NCBI GenBank assembly: GCA_963781585.1
Contig: CAWAGQ010000004.1
Location: 512,001-576,000 of the forward strand
Source of the DNA: an uncultured Gemmatimonadaceae bacterium
Lineage (GTDB): Bacteria; Gemmatimonadota; Gemmatimonadetes; Gemmatimonadales; Gemmatimonadaceae
Direction: 5' to 3'
Length of the DNA: 64,000 bases
Made by a program: the position numbers and the translations under genes. Within the stretch, counting starts at the first letter, position 1. The number at the start of each line of letters is the position of its first letter. The notes below the pieces were generated by a model, which made no database searches, was not told the origin of the DNA, and saw nothing but the letters and a program-made list of their open reading frames with translations. Positions 45,727-55,710 of this stretch are shown here, in pieces.

Positions 45727-47034
45727 ATGGCCAAGGTCACTCGCGTTCTGCCCGGGTCAATCGCCGATCAACTCGGCATCACGCCCGGAACAGAGCTTCT
45801 GGCGGTCGGTGACCGCACCATCGACGACTTCCTCGACTGGGAGTTCCTCACGGCGGACGACGCGTTCGTCGTGCTGGCGCGACTGCCGGGCGGTGAGCAG
45901 ATCGAGTACGACATCGAGCGTCCGGAAGGGGAGGCCATGGGAGTCGTGCTCGAGCCGCCTTCGGTCCGCCGGTGCGCCAACCGTTGCGAGTTCTGCTTCA
46001 TCGAAGGCCTTCCCAAGGGGCTGCGAAAGAACCTGTACATCCGCGACGACGATTATCGGCTGTCGTTCGCCTACGGCAACTTCGCCACGCTCTCCAACCT
46101 GAAGGAGCGTGACTGGGCGCGCATCATCGAATACCGGTTGTCGCCTCTGTACGTCTCGGTGCACGCGACGCCGCTGGAGGTGCGTCGCGCGCTGCTCAAC
46201 AATCCCCGAGTTCCGAACGTCGTCGAGCAGCTCGAGCGGCTCTCCATTCACGGCATTCAGTTTCATTGCCAGATGGTGATCGTGCCCGGGCTGAACGATG
46301 GAGCGGTGCTCGAACAGTCGCTCTCGGACCTGTGGGCGCTTGGTGAGGCCGCGTTGACGGTCGCGATCGTGCCGGTGGGACTCACGCACTTCAACCACCT
46401 CTTCTCGGGCACACCGATGTCCTCGGCTGACGCCGGTTGCCTTCTCGACACAGTGCACCGCTGGGCTGGACGCGCCGCCGCGACGCGGGGCCAGCGCTGG
46501 GTCTTCGGATCCGACGAGCTGTATCTCCTGGCCCAGCGCGACCTCCCTGATGCCGACCACTACGGGGACTTCCCGCAGATCGAGAATGGGGTGGGGGCGG
46601 TGGCGGCCTTGCGGCGCCAGGTGCGCGAGGGTCTCGCCACGCTTCCGTTGATGCCGGGTCGTCGTATAGGTGTGGTGACCGGAACGGCGATGGCGTCCAT
46701 CATGCCGGAGATCCTTCGTGGCGTGGCCGACGCGATGGGAGCCACGCTGGATCTGCTGGTCACCGAGAGCTCGCTCTTTGGGCCCACCATCACGACCGCC
46801 GGCCTGCTGGCAGGCGCGGACATTCGCCGCGCGCTGGGTGAGCGAGCCGACATCGATCTGGCACTGATCCCGGCCGAATCGATGAATGATGACGGGATCT
46901 TCCTCGACGACGAGACGTTCCTGAGCGTCCAGGCGGCGCTGCCGATGCCCGTGCGTGCGTCGTACGACTTTGTAGACGTGCTGGCCCAGGAAGACGCGGG
47001 CACAAACCTGGCGTCGATGCGCGCGCGCTCATGA
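45727..47034 (+). CDS. DUF512 / TIGR03279-type radical-SAM-like Fe-S protein with N-terminal PDZ-like domain
   Basis: CANRCEFC, DDDYRLSF.YGNF.TL, PLYVSVHAT and QIENGVG; upstream of der as in other bacteria. Confidence 0.88.
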   Translation: MAKVTRVLPGSIADQLGITPGTELLAVGDRTIDDFLDWEFLTADDAFVVLARLPGGEQIEYDIERPEGEAMGVVLEPPSVRRCANRCEFCFIEGLPKGLRKNLYIRDDDYRLSFAYGNFATLSNLKERDWARIIEYRLSPLYVSVHATPLEVRRALLNNPRVPNVVEQLERLSIHGIQFHCQMVIVPGLNDGAVLEQSLSDLWALGEAALTVAIVPVGLTHFNHLFSGTPMSSADAGCLLDTVHRWAGRAAATRGQRWVFGSDELYLLAQRDLPDADHYGDFPQIENGVGAVAALRRQVREGLATLPLMPGRRIGVVTGTAMASIMPEILRGVADAMGATLDLLVTESSLFGPTITTAGLLAGADIRRALGERADIDLALIPAESMNDDGIFLDDETFLSVQAALPMPVRASYDFVDVLAQEDAGTNLASMRARS

Positions 47035-48338
47035 GCACTCCGGTCGTGGCCATCGTCGGCCGGCCCAACGTGGGGAAGTCGGCCCTGTTCAATCGGCTGG
47101 TCGGCGAGAACGCCGCCATCGTGAGCGAGGAGGCAGGCACCACGCGCGACCGGCACTTCGGCACTGTTCGGTGGGCGGGGCGCGCGTTCTTCCTGGTCGA
47201 CACAGGGGGAATTACCGACGATGACCGGGGACTGCTGGAGAATGCTGTGGCGCGTCAGGTGCGGCAGGCGATGGAGGAGAGCGACCTGCTGCTCCTGGTC
47301 GCGGACGCGCGCGTGGGGCTGCATCCCATCGATGAGCGGATCGCCGAATTGCTGCGGGACTCAGGGAAGCCCTTTCTGGTGGTTGCGAACAAGGTGGACG
47401 ATGCGAGCGACCCGGCGTGGTACGAGTTCTACGCCCTGGGAGCCGGCGATCCACATCCGGTGTCAGCCGCCAACGGCATTCAATCGGGTGATCTCCTGGA
47501 CGCCATCGTGGAGCGCATTGCGAATGCGCCCGAGGACACCGCGACGGCTCTGCGGATTGCGGTCATCGGGCGGCCCAACGTCGGGAAGTCGTCGTTCGTG
47601 AACCGCTTGCTGGGCGAAGAACGACTGGTGGTCGCGGAGGAAGCAGGGACGACGCGCGACGCCATCGACACCTCGATGCGCTACCACGGTCACGAGTTCG
47701 TGTTCGTCGATACGGCGGGTCTGCGGCGCCAGTCGCATCTTCGGGACGGTGTGGAGTTCTACTCCAGTCTCCGGACGCGACGGGCAATTCAGCGTGCTGA
47801 TATCTGCTGCCTGTTGATCGATGCGACCGAGGGCCTTCACAACCAGGATCTGCGGATCGCAACCCTGGCGTGGGAAGCCGGGTGCGGACTGGTGCTGGTC
47901 GTGAACAAGTGGGACCTGGTGGAAAAGGACGACAAGAGCGCGCCGCACTTTCAGAAGCACTGCGAGCGCACGGCGCCGTTTCTCAGGTTCGTGCCTTTTC
48001 TCTTTGCGTCGGCCAAGACCGGCCTGCGGGTGAATCGCGTTCTCGACCTCGTCCTCGAGGTGGATCGCGAGCGCACCAAGCGCATCGCCACGCCCGCTGT
48101 CAACGACCAGCTGGGCGAGCTGCTGGCGCGGAGACAGCCGCCGCAGGCGGCAGGCCGCGACGTGAGACTCCTCTACGCCACCCAGGTTGACGTCGCGCCG
48201 CCCACGTTCGCAGTGTTCGGAAACCACCCCGACCTCGTCGCGGATCACTATGTGCGCTATCTGCACAATGGATTCCGGGAGGCGTGGGGGTTTACGGGCA
48301 ATCCCCTGCGCATCGTGCTCCGCCGGCGGGCCGCATGA
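47031..48338 (+). CDS. der: Ribosome biogenesis GTPase Der (EngA)
   Basis: Two GRPNVGKS GTPase domains and a C-terminal KH-like domain. Confidence 0.97.
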   Translation: MSTPVVAIVGRPNVGKSALFNRLVGENAAIVSEEAGTTRDRHFGTVRWAGRAFFLVDTGGITDDDRGLLENAVARQVRQAMEESDLLLLVADARVGLHPIDERIAELLRDSGKPFLVVANKVDDASDPAWYEFYALGAGDPHPVSAANGIQSGDLLDAIVERIANAPEDTATALRIAVIGRPNVGKSSFVNRLLGEERLVVAEEAGTTRDAIDTSMRYHGHEFVFVDTAGLRRQSHLRDGVEFYSSLRTRRAIQRADICCLLIDATEGLHNQDLRIATLAWEAGCGLVLVVNKWDLVEKDDKSAPHFQKHCERTAPFLRFVPFLFASAKTGLRVNRVLDLVLEVDRERTKRIATPAVNDQLGELLARRQPPQAAGRDVRLLYATQVDVAPPTFAVFGNHPDLVADHYVRYLHNGFREAWGFTGNPLRIVLRRRAA

Positions 48339-48952
48339 GCCGGGCGATCGCCGGCATTGTCGTCGCCTACCTGCTCGGGTCGATCCCCTTTGCGTATCTC
48401 GCCGGGCGAATGCTGAAGGGAATCGATTTGCGAAAGCACGGTTCCGGCAACCTCGGCGCGACGAATGTCTACCGCACGCTGGGCGCGCCGGCGGCGGCAG
48501 TCGTACTCCTCGCAGACGTCGCGAAGGGCGCCGTTCCGGTGCTCTGGTTCCCAGTGCTGTTTGGCGCCACCGCCAGGCCGCAGGAATGGGCGGTGGCGTA
48601 CGGTCTCGCGGCCATCGTCGGTCACGTGCGTCCGGTCTTCCTGCTGTGGCGAGGGGGCGGGAAGGGCATTGCAACGGCGGCTGGGGTCTTCGGCTCGCTG
48701 GTCCCGTTGGCCCTGCTGGTCGCGGTGGCGGTATTCGCATTCGCTCTCGCCACGACGCGGATCATTTCGCTGAGTTCGCTCACCGCGGCGGCCGCGTTGC
48801 CGGTGGCGATCGCGGTCACAGAGGGCGCGCGCGGGCCCGTGTTTGGCGTCTCGGTGCTGGTCGCCGCATTCATGTACTGGACGCACCGCTCGAACATCGG
48901 CCGTCTCATGCGCGGCGCCGAGCCCCGGTTGGGACGGAAGCCTCCCGTCTGA
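48335..48952 (+). CDS. plsY: Glycerol-3-phosphate acyltransferase PlsY
   Basis: YLLGSIP, GSGNLGATNVYR, GGKGIAT and HRSNIGRL. Confidence 0.95.
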   Translation: MSRAIAGIVVAYLLGSIPFAYLAGRMLKGIDLRKHGSGNLGATNVYRTLGAPAAAVVLLADVAKGAVPVLWFPVLFGATARPQEWAVAYGLAAIVGHVRPVFLLWRGGGKGIATAAGVFGSLVPLALLVAVAVFAFALATTRIISLSSLTAAAALPVAIAVTEGARGPVFGVSVLVAAFMYWTHRSNIGRLMRGAEPRLGRKPPV

Positions 48953-49947
48953 TGCGTTGCGTGGTCATGGGCGGCGGCGCTTGGGGTTCGGCGCTCGCAG
49001 ACCTGCTTGGCAGGAGCGGGCATTCCGTCGGACTCTGGGCGCGGGAGGCCGATGTGGCGGCGAGCATCAACGCGAGTCACGTGAACACACGCTTCCTTCC
49101 GGGGATTCCGCTTCACGCCTCGGTCACCGCGTCCGATGTCATGGGGTCGGTAGTGCCGGATGCCAGGATCGTGGTATTCGTGGCGCCATCACACGTCCTG
49201 CGAAGTGTGGTGCGCGCGGCGAAGCCGTACGTGGAGCGTGCCGCGGTGCTCACCGTGGCCACGAAGGGCATCGAGCCCGAAACGCTGCAGTTGATGACCG
49301 ACGTGGTCTCGAGTGAACTCCCGGGACGTGCGGTGGTGGCGGTGTCCGGTCCGAGCTTCGCGGCCGAAGTGGCCCGGGGGCATCCGACGGCGGTGGTGGC
49401 CGCGGGGAGCGACCGGGCCGCGCGCGAGTTCGTCCAGCACATCCTGAGCACACCGACGTTCCGGGTCTACACGAGCGACGATGTGCGGGGGGTGGAGCTG
49501 GGTGGCGCGCTGAAGAATGTAATCGCGGTCGCCACCGGCCTTGCCGAAGGCCTCGAGCTCGGTCTCAACTCGCGCGCGGCGCTGGTGACGCGGGGGCTCG
49601 CCGAAATCACGCGGCTGGGTGTTGCGCTAGGCGCGCGCGCATCGACGTTCGCCGGGCTGGCAGGACTGGGGGACCTGGTGCTCACGTGCACCGGCTCGTT
49701 GAGCCGGAATCGGGCGTTGGGGGTGGAGGTCGGACGGGGGCGCCCGCTCGACGACGTGATGGCCTCGACCGAGAGCATTGCCGAAGGCGTGCGCACGACG
49801 CGCAGCGCGCTGGCCCTGGCCCGGCGGTGCGGCGTGGACATGCCCATCGCGATTGCTGTCCACCGGGTGCTGTTCGAGCACCAGAACGCTCGGGATGCCA
49901 TGAGCGACCTCATGAACCGTGAACTGCGTGCGGAGCGCGACGAATGA
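48952..49947 (+). CDS. gpsA: NAD(P)H-dependent glycerol-3-phosphate dehydrogenase
   Basis: GGGAWGSALA, TKGIE, SGPSFA, GGALKNVIA and GLGDLVLTC...SRN. Confidence 0.96.
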   Translation: MRCVVMGGGAWGSALADLLGRSGHSVGLWAREADVAASINASHVNTRFLPGIPLHASVTASDVMGSVVPDARIVVFVAPSHVLRSVVRAAKPYVERAAVLTVATKGIEPETLQLMTDVVSSELPGRAVVAVSGPSFAAEVARGHPTAVVAAGSDRAAREFVQHILSTPTFRVYTSDDVRGVELGGALKNVIAVATGLAEGLELGLNSRAALVTRGLAEITRLGVALGARASTFAGLAGLGDLVLTCTGSLSRNRALGVEVGRGRPLDDVMASTESIAEGVRTTRSALALARRCGVDMPIAIAVHRVLFEHQNARDAMSDLMNRELRAERDE

Positions 49948-50339
49948 GCGACGAACCGGTGCAGGAGTTCTTTTCGATAGGCGAGGTGTGCGAGTTGACC
50001 GACCTCAAACCGCACGTGCTGCGGTACTGGGAGAGTCAGTTCCGCTTTCTCAATCCGGCGAAGAACCGGTCCGGAAATCGCGTCTACCAGCGCAAGGAGA
50101 TCGAGCTGGTCCTGCTCGTCAAGCACCTTCTGTACACCGAGAAGTACACGATCGACGGTGCGCGACAGAAGATCGATGAGCATCGCAAGAGCGGGACCCT
50201 GCGCGGTCAGGCACGGTACGCGCTGTCGGTGGAGACGCTGGCGGAACTGGAACGCCAGTTGGCGGAGACCCTCCGGGTGCTCGATGGGGCGGCGCCGGTG
50301 CCGCCGCCGGATAACTCGAACGGGGAGCCGGGGAGTTAG
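49944..50339 (+). CDS. MerR-family transcriptional regulator
   Basis: FSIGEVCELTDLKPHVLRYWESQF HTH, R.YQRKEI and YTIDGAR. Confidence 0.9.
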   Translation: MSDEPVQEFFSIGEVCELTDLKPHVLRYWESQFRFLNPAKNRSGNRVYQRKEIELVLLVKHLLYTEKYTIDGARQKIDEHRKSGTLRGQARYALSVETLAELERQLAETLRVLDGAAPVPPPDNSNGEPGS

Positions 50340-50340
50340 G

Positions 50341-51102
50341 GTGCGCTTCCTGTGCACCAACGACGACGGATTCCTGGCCCACGGGCTGGATTGCCTGGTG
50401 CGGGCCGCCGGTCGGATCGGCGAGGTGACGGTCGTCGCCCCCGACCGGGAGCAGAGCGCCACCAGTCATTCGTTGACGCTCCACCACCCGCTGCGTCCGA
50501 TTGCCAGGGGCGAGGGCCGGTTCCAGGTGGACGGCACGCCGACCGACTGCGTCATGCTGGCTGTGGAAGCGCTCATGCCCGAACGTCCGGACTTCGTGCT
50601 CAGCGGGATCAATCATGGGCAGAACATGGGCGAGGACGTGCTCTACTCGGGGACGGTTGCGGCGGCGATGGAGGGACTCGCCCTGGGGATTCCGTCGGTG
50701 GCGATCTCGTTCGCCGGCGGCGATCTGCGCGCCGACACCACGCGTCTCGAAGAGCAGATCGACATTCTGGTCCCGCTCCTGCGACATCTCACCGGTCTGC
50801 CGCGGTTCCCGAGCGACACGCTGTTCAACATCAACCTTCCTCCGGTGGGCGCCGACCAGATCCGCGGTGTCCGCCTGACGCGGCTGGGCCGGCGCGTGTA
50901 TTCCAACTCGATCCAGCCCATGCGTGATCCCTGGGGCCGGGAGATCTACTGGATCGGCGGGGGTGAGATTTCGTGGCAGGGCAGTGATGACTCCGACTTC
51001 CAGGCCATTCGCGACGGATACATCTCGGTCACGCCGCTGCATCTCGACCTGACGCATCGCGACATGCTGGATACCGCGGAGGCCTGGTGGCGCAATCCAT
51101 GA
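50341..51102 (+). CDS. surE: 5'/3'-nucleotidase SurE
   Basis: TNDDG, VVAP..EQSA.SHSLT, GTPTDC, SGINHG.N, YSGTVAAA and SVTPL. Start GTG 50341. Confidence 0.96.
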   Translation: MRFLCTNDDGFLAHGLDCLVRAAGRIGEVTVVAPDREQSATSHSLTLHHPLRPIARGEGRFQVDGTPTDCVMLAVEALMPERPDFVLSGINHGQNMGEDVLYSGTVAAAMEGLALGIPSVAISFAGGDLRADTTRLEEQIDILVPLLRHLTGLPRFPSDTLFNINLPPVGADQIRGVRLTRLGRRVYSNSIQPMRDPWGREIYWIGGGEISWQGSDDSDFQAIRDGYISVTPLHLDLTHRDMLDTAEAWWRNP

Positions 51103-51183
51103 GCGAACCGCCACGGGAACGTCACCGCGCGCGGTCCCGTTCGACACCGCCGACTTCGCGCGACGACCTGAGACCGTGGGTGC

Positions 51184-51966
51184 CTAACAGCGGGAAGTGA
51201 GCACAGGGGGTGCCGTGGGATCCACGTGAGTGGTGGGCGTCAGCCCGATGTCGGCAGCCACCTCCTGCAGCGTGCTCGCCACGTCGCCCGGGATGTTCAC
51301 CAGCGCGCCGGCCCGTGTGCGCAATCGCGCGGGCAGGCCGACCGGGGAACGTCCGCGAACCCGGGCGTACATGACGAGGGCGGTGAGATACGCACCGGTA
51401 CCGTTGGCGTGCAGCCCATCGGAGTACAGCGCAATGCCGGGATTGCGATTCCGCACCGCCAGCCACGCTTCCGCAATGGGAAGGAGCAGTCCCCCCACAT
51501 CTTCGGCGGCGATCCGATACGACTCGATCGAACCCTGAAACTGGTCGGGCAGCGCCTCCGGCGCCCAGGCCTCGAAGAGGGCAGTCCGCGCACCCACGTG
51601 CTCGATGGCCGCATCGAAGAACTGCGTAGCCAGACGAAGCGTGTCGCGACATACGCCGGCCGGCGTCCACCCCTGCTGCAGGACGACGAATTCCCAGTCG
51701 CCCTTCCCGATCTCGGACCTGGCATCGCCGCCGTACCAGTGGTCGATGAGGGCGAAATCCGGATACGCCACCGTCTCGACGGCGATCGGCGGGCCTCCCG
51801 CGGAATCGGCGAGTGCCTGGAGGATGCCCGGAATGTCGTTCTGGTAGGTATAGCTGTTGCCGATGAACAGAATCGCATCGCCGGCTCCCACCAGGCGTGG
51901 GCCGGACGGGTCTCCCCAGCATGCGCTGGCGAACACAAAGCAGGCAATCGACTCCCGGCGTCGCAC
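51184..51966 (-). CDS. SGNH/GDSL-hydrolase-like putative lipoprotein
   Basis: LFIGNSYT block I, VVLQQ, DGLHAN (DxxH) block V; N-terminal Cys-containing signal. Confidence 0.75.
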   Translation of the reverse strand: MRRRESIACFVFASACWGDPSGPRLVGAGDAILFIGNSYTYQNDIPGILQALADSAGGPPIAVETVAYPDFALIDHWYGGDARSEIGKGDWEFVVLQQGWTPAGVCRDTLRLATQFFDAAIEHVGARTALFEAWAPEALPDQFQGSIESYRIAAEDVGGLLLPIAEAWLAVRNRNPGIALYSDGLHANGTGAYLTALVMYARVRGRSPVGLPARLRTRAGALVNIPGDVASTLQEVAADIGLTPTTHVDPTAPPVLTSRC

Positions 51967-52069
51967 GAGGTTCCTCGCTCATCTCTCGCGCTCACAGCAC
52001 TGCGCGCGAACCGCAATGTGGCCAGTACTCTGGGGCGGAAGTGCCGGAAGGCGTGATCGGCTGCGCTGG

Positions 52070-53230
52070 TCAGGCCAGCGGCGCGTCGTGAAAGATCTCC
52101 CTCGTGAGGTCGGTCGCGCGGCATACGCCGGTAAGCGCGAGTGTCACCGCCATCTCCTTGCGCATCAGCGCCAGCACGTTCTGCACACCGGCCTGGCCGC
52201 GCGCCGCCAGCGCCCAGACCCAGGCGCGGCCCAGCATCACGCCTCGCGCCCCGAGGGCCAGCGCCTTGACGATGTCCTGACCGCTGCGCACGCCGCCGTC
52301 CATCAGCACCTCCACCCGGTCTCCGACTGCCTCCACCACGCGCGGGAGCATGGACACCGCCGACGGAGCGGAATCGAGCTGCCGCCCCCCGTGGTTCGAG
52401 ACCACCACCGCCTGGGCGCCGGCATCGGCGGCGCCACGCGCGTCCTCCGGGTCGAGCAGCCCCTTGATGACGATGGGGCCGGGCCACTCGTGGCGCAGCC
52501 ACTCGATGTCGCGCCAGGTGACGCTCGGGTCGAACTGGGAATCGATCCACCCGCGGAAGTCGGTGACGTTCCGCGCGCTGGCCACCCGGTCGGCGATATT
52601 GCCGAAGACCAGCGGCCGCCCGCCTAACGCCACATTCCAGACCCAGCGCGGGTGGAGGGCGAAATTCAGCGTCTTGCGGAGTCGTGACCAGGCGCCCAGG
52701 CCGCCGCCCATCCCGTTCCGCGCGTCGCGATAGCGGGCACCCACCACTGGCAGGTCCACCGTGAAGACGAGCGTCTCGACCCCTGCTGCCCGTGCGCGCT
52801 GCAACAGGGCACGCACGAACCCGCGGTCGCGCATCATGTAGAGCTGAAACCAGAAGGGCCGCGTGCTGGCGGCACGCACTTCCTCGAGCGAACACAATCC
52901 CACCGTCGACAGACAGAATGGAACGCCTGCCGCCTCGGCGGCGCGAACCGCCTGCGCCTCGCCACGACGCGCCATCATTCCCGCCAGCCCCACCGGGCCA
53001 AGTACCACCGGGAGCGCAACGTCGTTTCCGAGCAGCCTGGTGCCGGTGTCGACGTTCGCGACGTCGCGCATCACACGTTGCCGCAGACGCAGCGCGCGAA
53101 AGTCATCGCGATTTGCCGTCAGGGTCATTTCGTCGTACGCGCCCCCATCGATGTAGTCGAAAAGCATGCGTGGAAGCCGTGACTCGGCGAGGGCCCGATA
53201 GTCGGCGACGGACGCTGGAACGAGACGCAT
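52070..53230 (-). CDS. lldD: FMN-dependent L-lactate / alpha-hydroxy-acid dehydrogenase
   Basis: FDYIDGGA, WFQLY, FTVD, SNHGGRQLD and DGGVRSGQD. Start uncertain (53230, 53239 or 53248). Confidence 0.9.
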   Translation of the reverse strand: MRLVPASVADYRALAESRLPRMLFDYIDGGAYDEMTLTANRDDFRALRLRQRVMRDVANVDTGTRLLGNDVALPVVLGPVGLAGMMARRGEAQAVRAAEAAGVPFCLSTVGLCSLEEVRAASTRPFWFQLYMMRDRGFVRALLQRARAAGVETLVFTVDLPVVGARYRDARNGMGGGLGAWSRLRKTLNFALHPRWVWNVALGGRPLVFGNIADRVASARNVTDFRGWIDSQFDPSVTWRDIEWLRHEWPGPIVIKGLLDPEDARGAADAGAQAVVVSNHGGRQLDSAPSAVSMLPRVVEAVGDRVEVLMDGGVRSGQDIVKALALGARGVMLGRAWVWALAARGQAGVQNVLALMRKEMAVTLALTGVCRATDLTREIFHDAPLA

Positions 53231-53541
53231 CGTTCCCATGGAGGTCATGCCTTGTGGTGGCGTTGTTTGCGAGGGGTTCCGGCTGGCGGCCCCGCACGGA
53301 CATCCACGCCTTCCGGCCGTGTTCCCGGCGCTGCGTGACGGAGAGAACCAGGCCGGGAGTATGCGCGGAGGCTCCGGCCGAGTCCACGGTGTCCCCTGCC
53401 CGCAAACCCGAGCGCTCATGTGCCGCCTCGCCTTCGGCCACGATCTGTTCCCCCACGTGACCGTTCTCGGATCACCTCGCTAGATTTCGCCGCGCCGCGG
53501 CGGCTTCACGGGACCAACTGCGACCGCGATACGGCGGAGGA

Positions 53542-54201
53542 TTGGTGGCGGAATCCGTAGTTCCGGAGTACCGCGGTGCCCGCCGGCGGCTCGTCGAGAC
53601 CCTGCAGGCGAATGGAATCGACGATCTGGCGGTCCTTCGCGCGTTCGAACTCACGCCCAGGCACCTTTTCGTTCCGAGTGGGGTCCGTCACCGGGCGTAC
53701 GAGGACAGCGCCCTTCCCATCGGGAACGGCCAGACGATCTCGCAACCCTCGGTGCACGCGCGCTACCTGCAGCTGCTGCATCTCGAAGGCGGCGAGCGCG
53801 TTCTCGAAATCGGAACCGGGTCCGGGTACCAGACCGTGCTCCTGGGTCACCTGGTGAGCCAGGTCTTCTCGATCGAACGCGTCCCGGAGCTGCTCACGCG
53901 CGCGAAGGAGGTTATTGCGGCGTGCGGAGTGGGAAACGTGTCACTCATGCTCGGTGACGGAACGCTCGGCTGGCGAGAGTATGCGCCATACGCGGCGATT
54001 CTCGTGAGCGCCGGCGCGCCGGAGCCGCCACGTCCGTTATTGGAACAGCTCGGGGAAGGGGGGCGCCTCCTGGCCCCGGTGGGAGACCGTGTGGAGCAGA
54101 TGCTCGTCATGTTGACCAAACGCGGCGAAGAATTCGAGCGGCGTGACATCGCGCCCGTCCGATTCGTCCCGCTCGTGGGGACGCACGGCTGGTCCGACTG
54201 A
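53542..54201 (+). CDS. pcm: Protein-L-isoaspartate O-methyltransferase
   Basis: AYED.ALPIG.GQTISQP, VLEIGTGSGYQ, GDGTLG and RFVPLVG; SD GGAGG. Confidence 0.96.
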   Translation: MVAESVVPEYRGARRRLVETLQANGIDDLAVLRAFELTPRHLFVPSGVRHRAYEDSALPIGNGQTISQPSVHARYLQLLHLEGGERVLEIGTGSGYQTVLLGHLVSQVFSIERVPELLTRAKEVIAACGVGNVSLMLGDGTLGWREYAPYAAILVSAGAPEPPRPLLEQLGEGGRLLAPVGDRVEQMLVMLTKRGEEFERRDIAPVRFVPLVGTHGWSD

Positions 54202-54249
54202 CTCAGTCATGGCGGCTCCCCGCAGCCTGACGCGACCTTCGGAGCCCCC

Positions 54250-55422
54250 ATGGCCAGTGACCTGTTCGATCCCCCTCCTCCCTCCCGTCCACGGCTCGGC
54301 GCGCGGCCATTTGCGGGCCGGCCTGCGGCTGGTCCCCCGGCGGGAAACCAGGCCCCGCCGAATACCCGCGCGGTGCGCCCGTTTGCGGCTCGACGCTCTT
54401 CCGTAGAGACCGCAAATTCCGTTCGTGGGGTCACCCAGGATCCTGACGCCGAGCTGACTGCTGCGGAGGACACACCCGCCATCGCGGCGACTCCCGGGGC
54501 GCCGATGCACACGGTCGCGGAGGAAGCGCGGGATTCACTCAACGCAGGCGCTACCATTGACGACACGCCCGACCCGACGGAGCGCCTCGCGGCGAGCGAG
54601 CACGCGATTGCTGACTCGACAGGCACGGAAACCGGAGGATTCGTCTCCAATCTCACCTCGGCGGCACCACCGGTGCCGGAAGCGGCGGCTTGGGAGGGGA
54701 TCGCAGAGTCTGCGCTGGCGCCCGCCGAGCCGCCTGGCGGGTTGGCTGCGTGGCAGGACGCACCGTCGCCCGAGGACACCGTCGCGGGTGCGGCCGATCG
54801 CACGGAGTACGGCGCCGGGGCTTTTGACCAGGGCCTCGTCCCAGACGAGGCGGAGACCGTCAACCCGGAGGGGGCGGAGAGCGTGGCGCCGGACCAGGCG
54901 GAGAGCCTGGCCGCGGACTCGACCGAATGCGACCCTCAGGAGCCACTTACGGCGCGTCTGCTGACCGCAGGCGATGAGATGGACCGCATTCGCGAAAGCC
55001 TCGATCAAGAGCTGTCCCGCTTCGCCCTGCGGCCCTGGGAGCGTCCGCACGCGCCGGTTCCGTTTCCCGCCCTCGAGGAGGCGCTGCCTAACGACGGTGA
55101 CGCGCTGACGCAGTCCGGGGCGGAGAATTCGATGCCAGGTGCCGACCAGATCGACAGACCACCGGCCGTGCTCCAGACCTGGCACGATGCTGGGTACGCG
55201 ACCCCCGCGTTGGAGCGGTCGCCCGGATTTGGCGCGGCCGCCCGCGAAGCCCTGGAGGGCGCCGCGGCCTTCGCCGCCGGAGCCGAGATCGCCGTCGTAC
55301 TGGAAGACGTGGCGCGCCGGCTGAGGGCGGGCGAGATTGTGGTTGCGCACGGTGCCCGAACCCGTGACGAGGCGGCGACGCTCGCTGCCGTCCTTGCCGC
55401 CATGCTTGGAGACCGCACCTAA
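54250..55422 (+). CDS. Hypothetical acidic, low-complexity protein with C-terminal helical domain
   Basis: Long ORF between pcm and acyP, SD GGAG, rich in A/E/P/D; C-terminal LEDVARRLRAGEI...LAAVLAAML. Confidence 0.7.
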   Translation: MASDLFDPPPPSRPRLGARPFAGRPAAGPPAGNQAPPNTRAVRPFAARRSSVETANSVRGVTQDPDAELTAAEDTPAIAATPGAPMHTVAEEARDSLNAGATIDDTPDPTERLAASEHAIADSTGTETGGFVSNLTSAAPPVPEAAAWEGIAESALAPAEPPGGLAAWQDAPSPEDTVAGAADRTEYGAGAFDQGLVPDEAETVNPEGAESVAPDQAESLAADSTECDPQEPLTARLLTAGDEMDRIRESLDQELSRFALRPWERPHAPVPFPALEEALPNDGDALTQSGAENSMPGADQIDRPPAVLQTWHDAGYATPALERSPGFGAAAREALEGAAAFAAGAEIAVVLEDVARRLRAGEIVVAHGARTRDEAATLAAVLAAMLGDRT

Positions 55423-55434
55423 CTTCGCTCGCGA

Positions 55435-55710
55435 GTGTCCGTCGTCCACATCGAAGTCATCGGAAGAGTGCAGGGGATCGGCTTTCGCTGGTTCGTGCGC
55501 GAAAGGGCCCTGGCGCTGCTGCTGTCGGGATGGGTGCGGAATCTGGAAACCGGCACGGTGGAGATCGCGGCGTCGGGACCTGACGACCTTGTGCGGGAGT
55601 TCCTGGCCGCCGTGCGCGAAGGACCGCCCGGCGCGCACGTCCGACAGGTGGTGCCACTGGCGCCGGTGCCAGACCACGACTTTCCCGATCCGTTCGCGAT
55701 CGTCCGATGA
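55435..55710 (+). CDS. acyP: Acylphosphatase
   Basis: GRVQGIGFR, GWVRN and GPPGA.V. Confidence 0.93.
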   Translation: MSVVHIEVIGRVQGIGFRWFVRERALALLLSGWVRNLETGTVEIAASGPDDLVREFLAAVREGPPGAHVRQVVPLAPVPDHDFPDPFAIVR

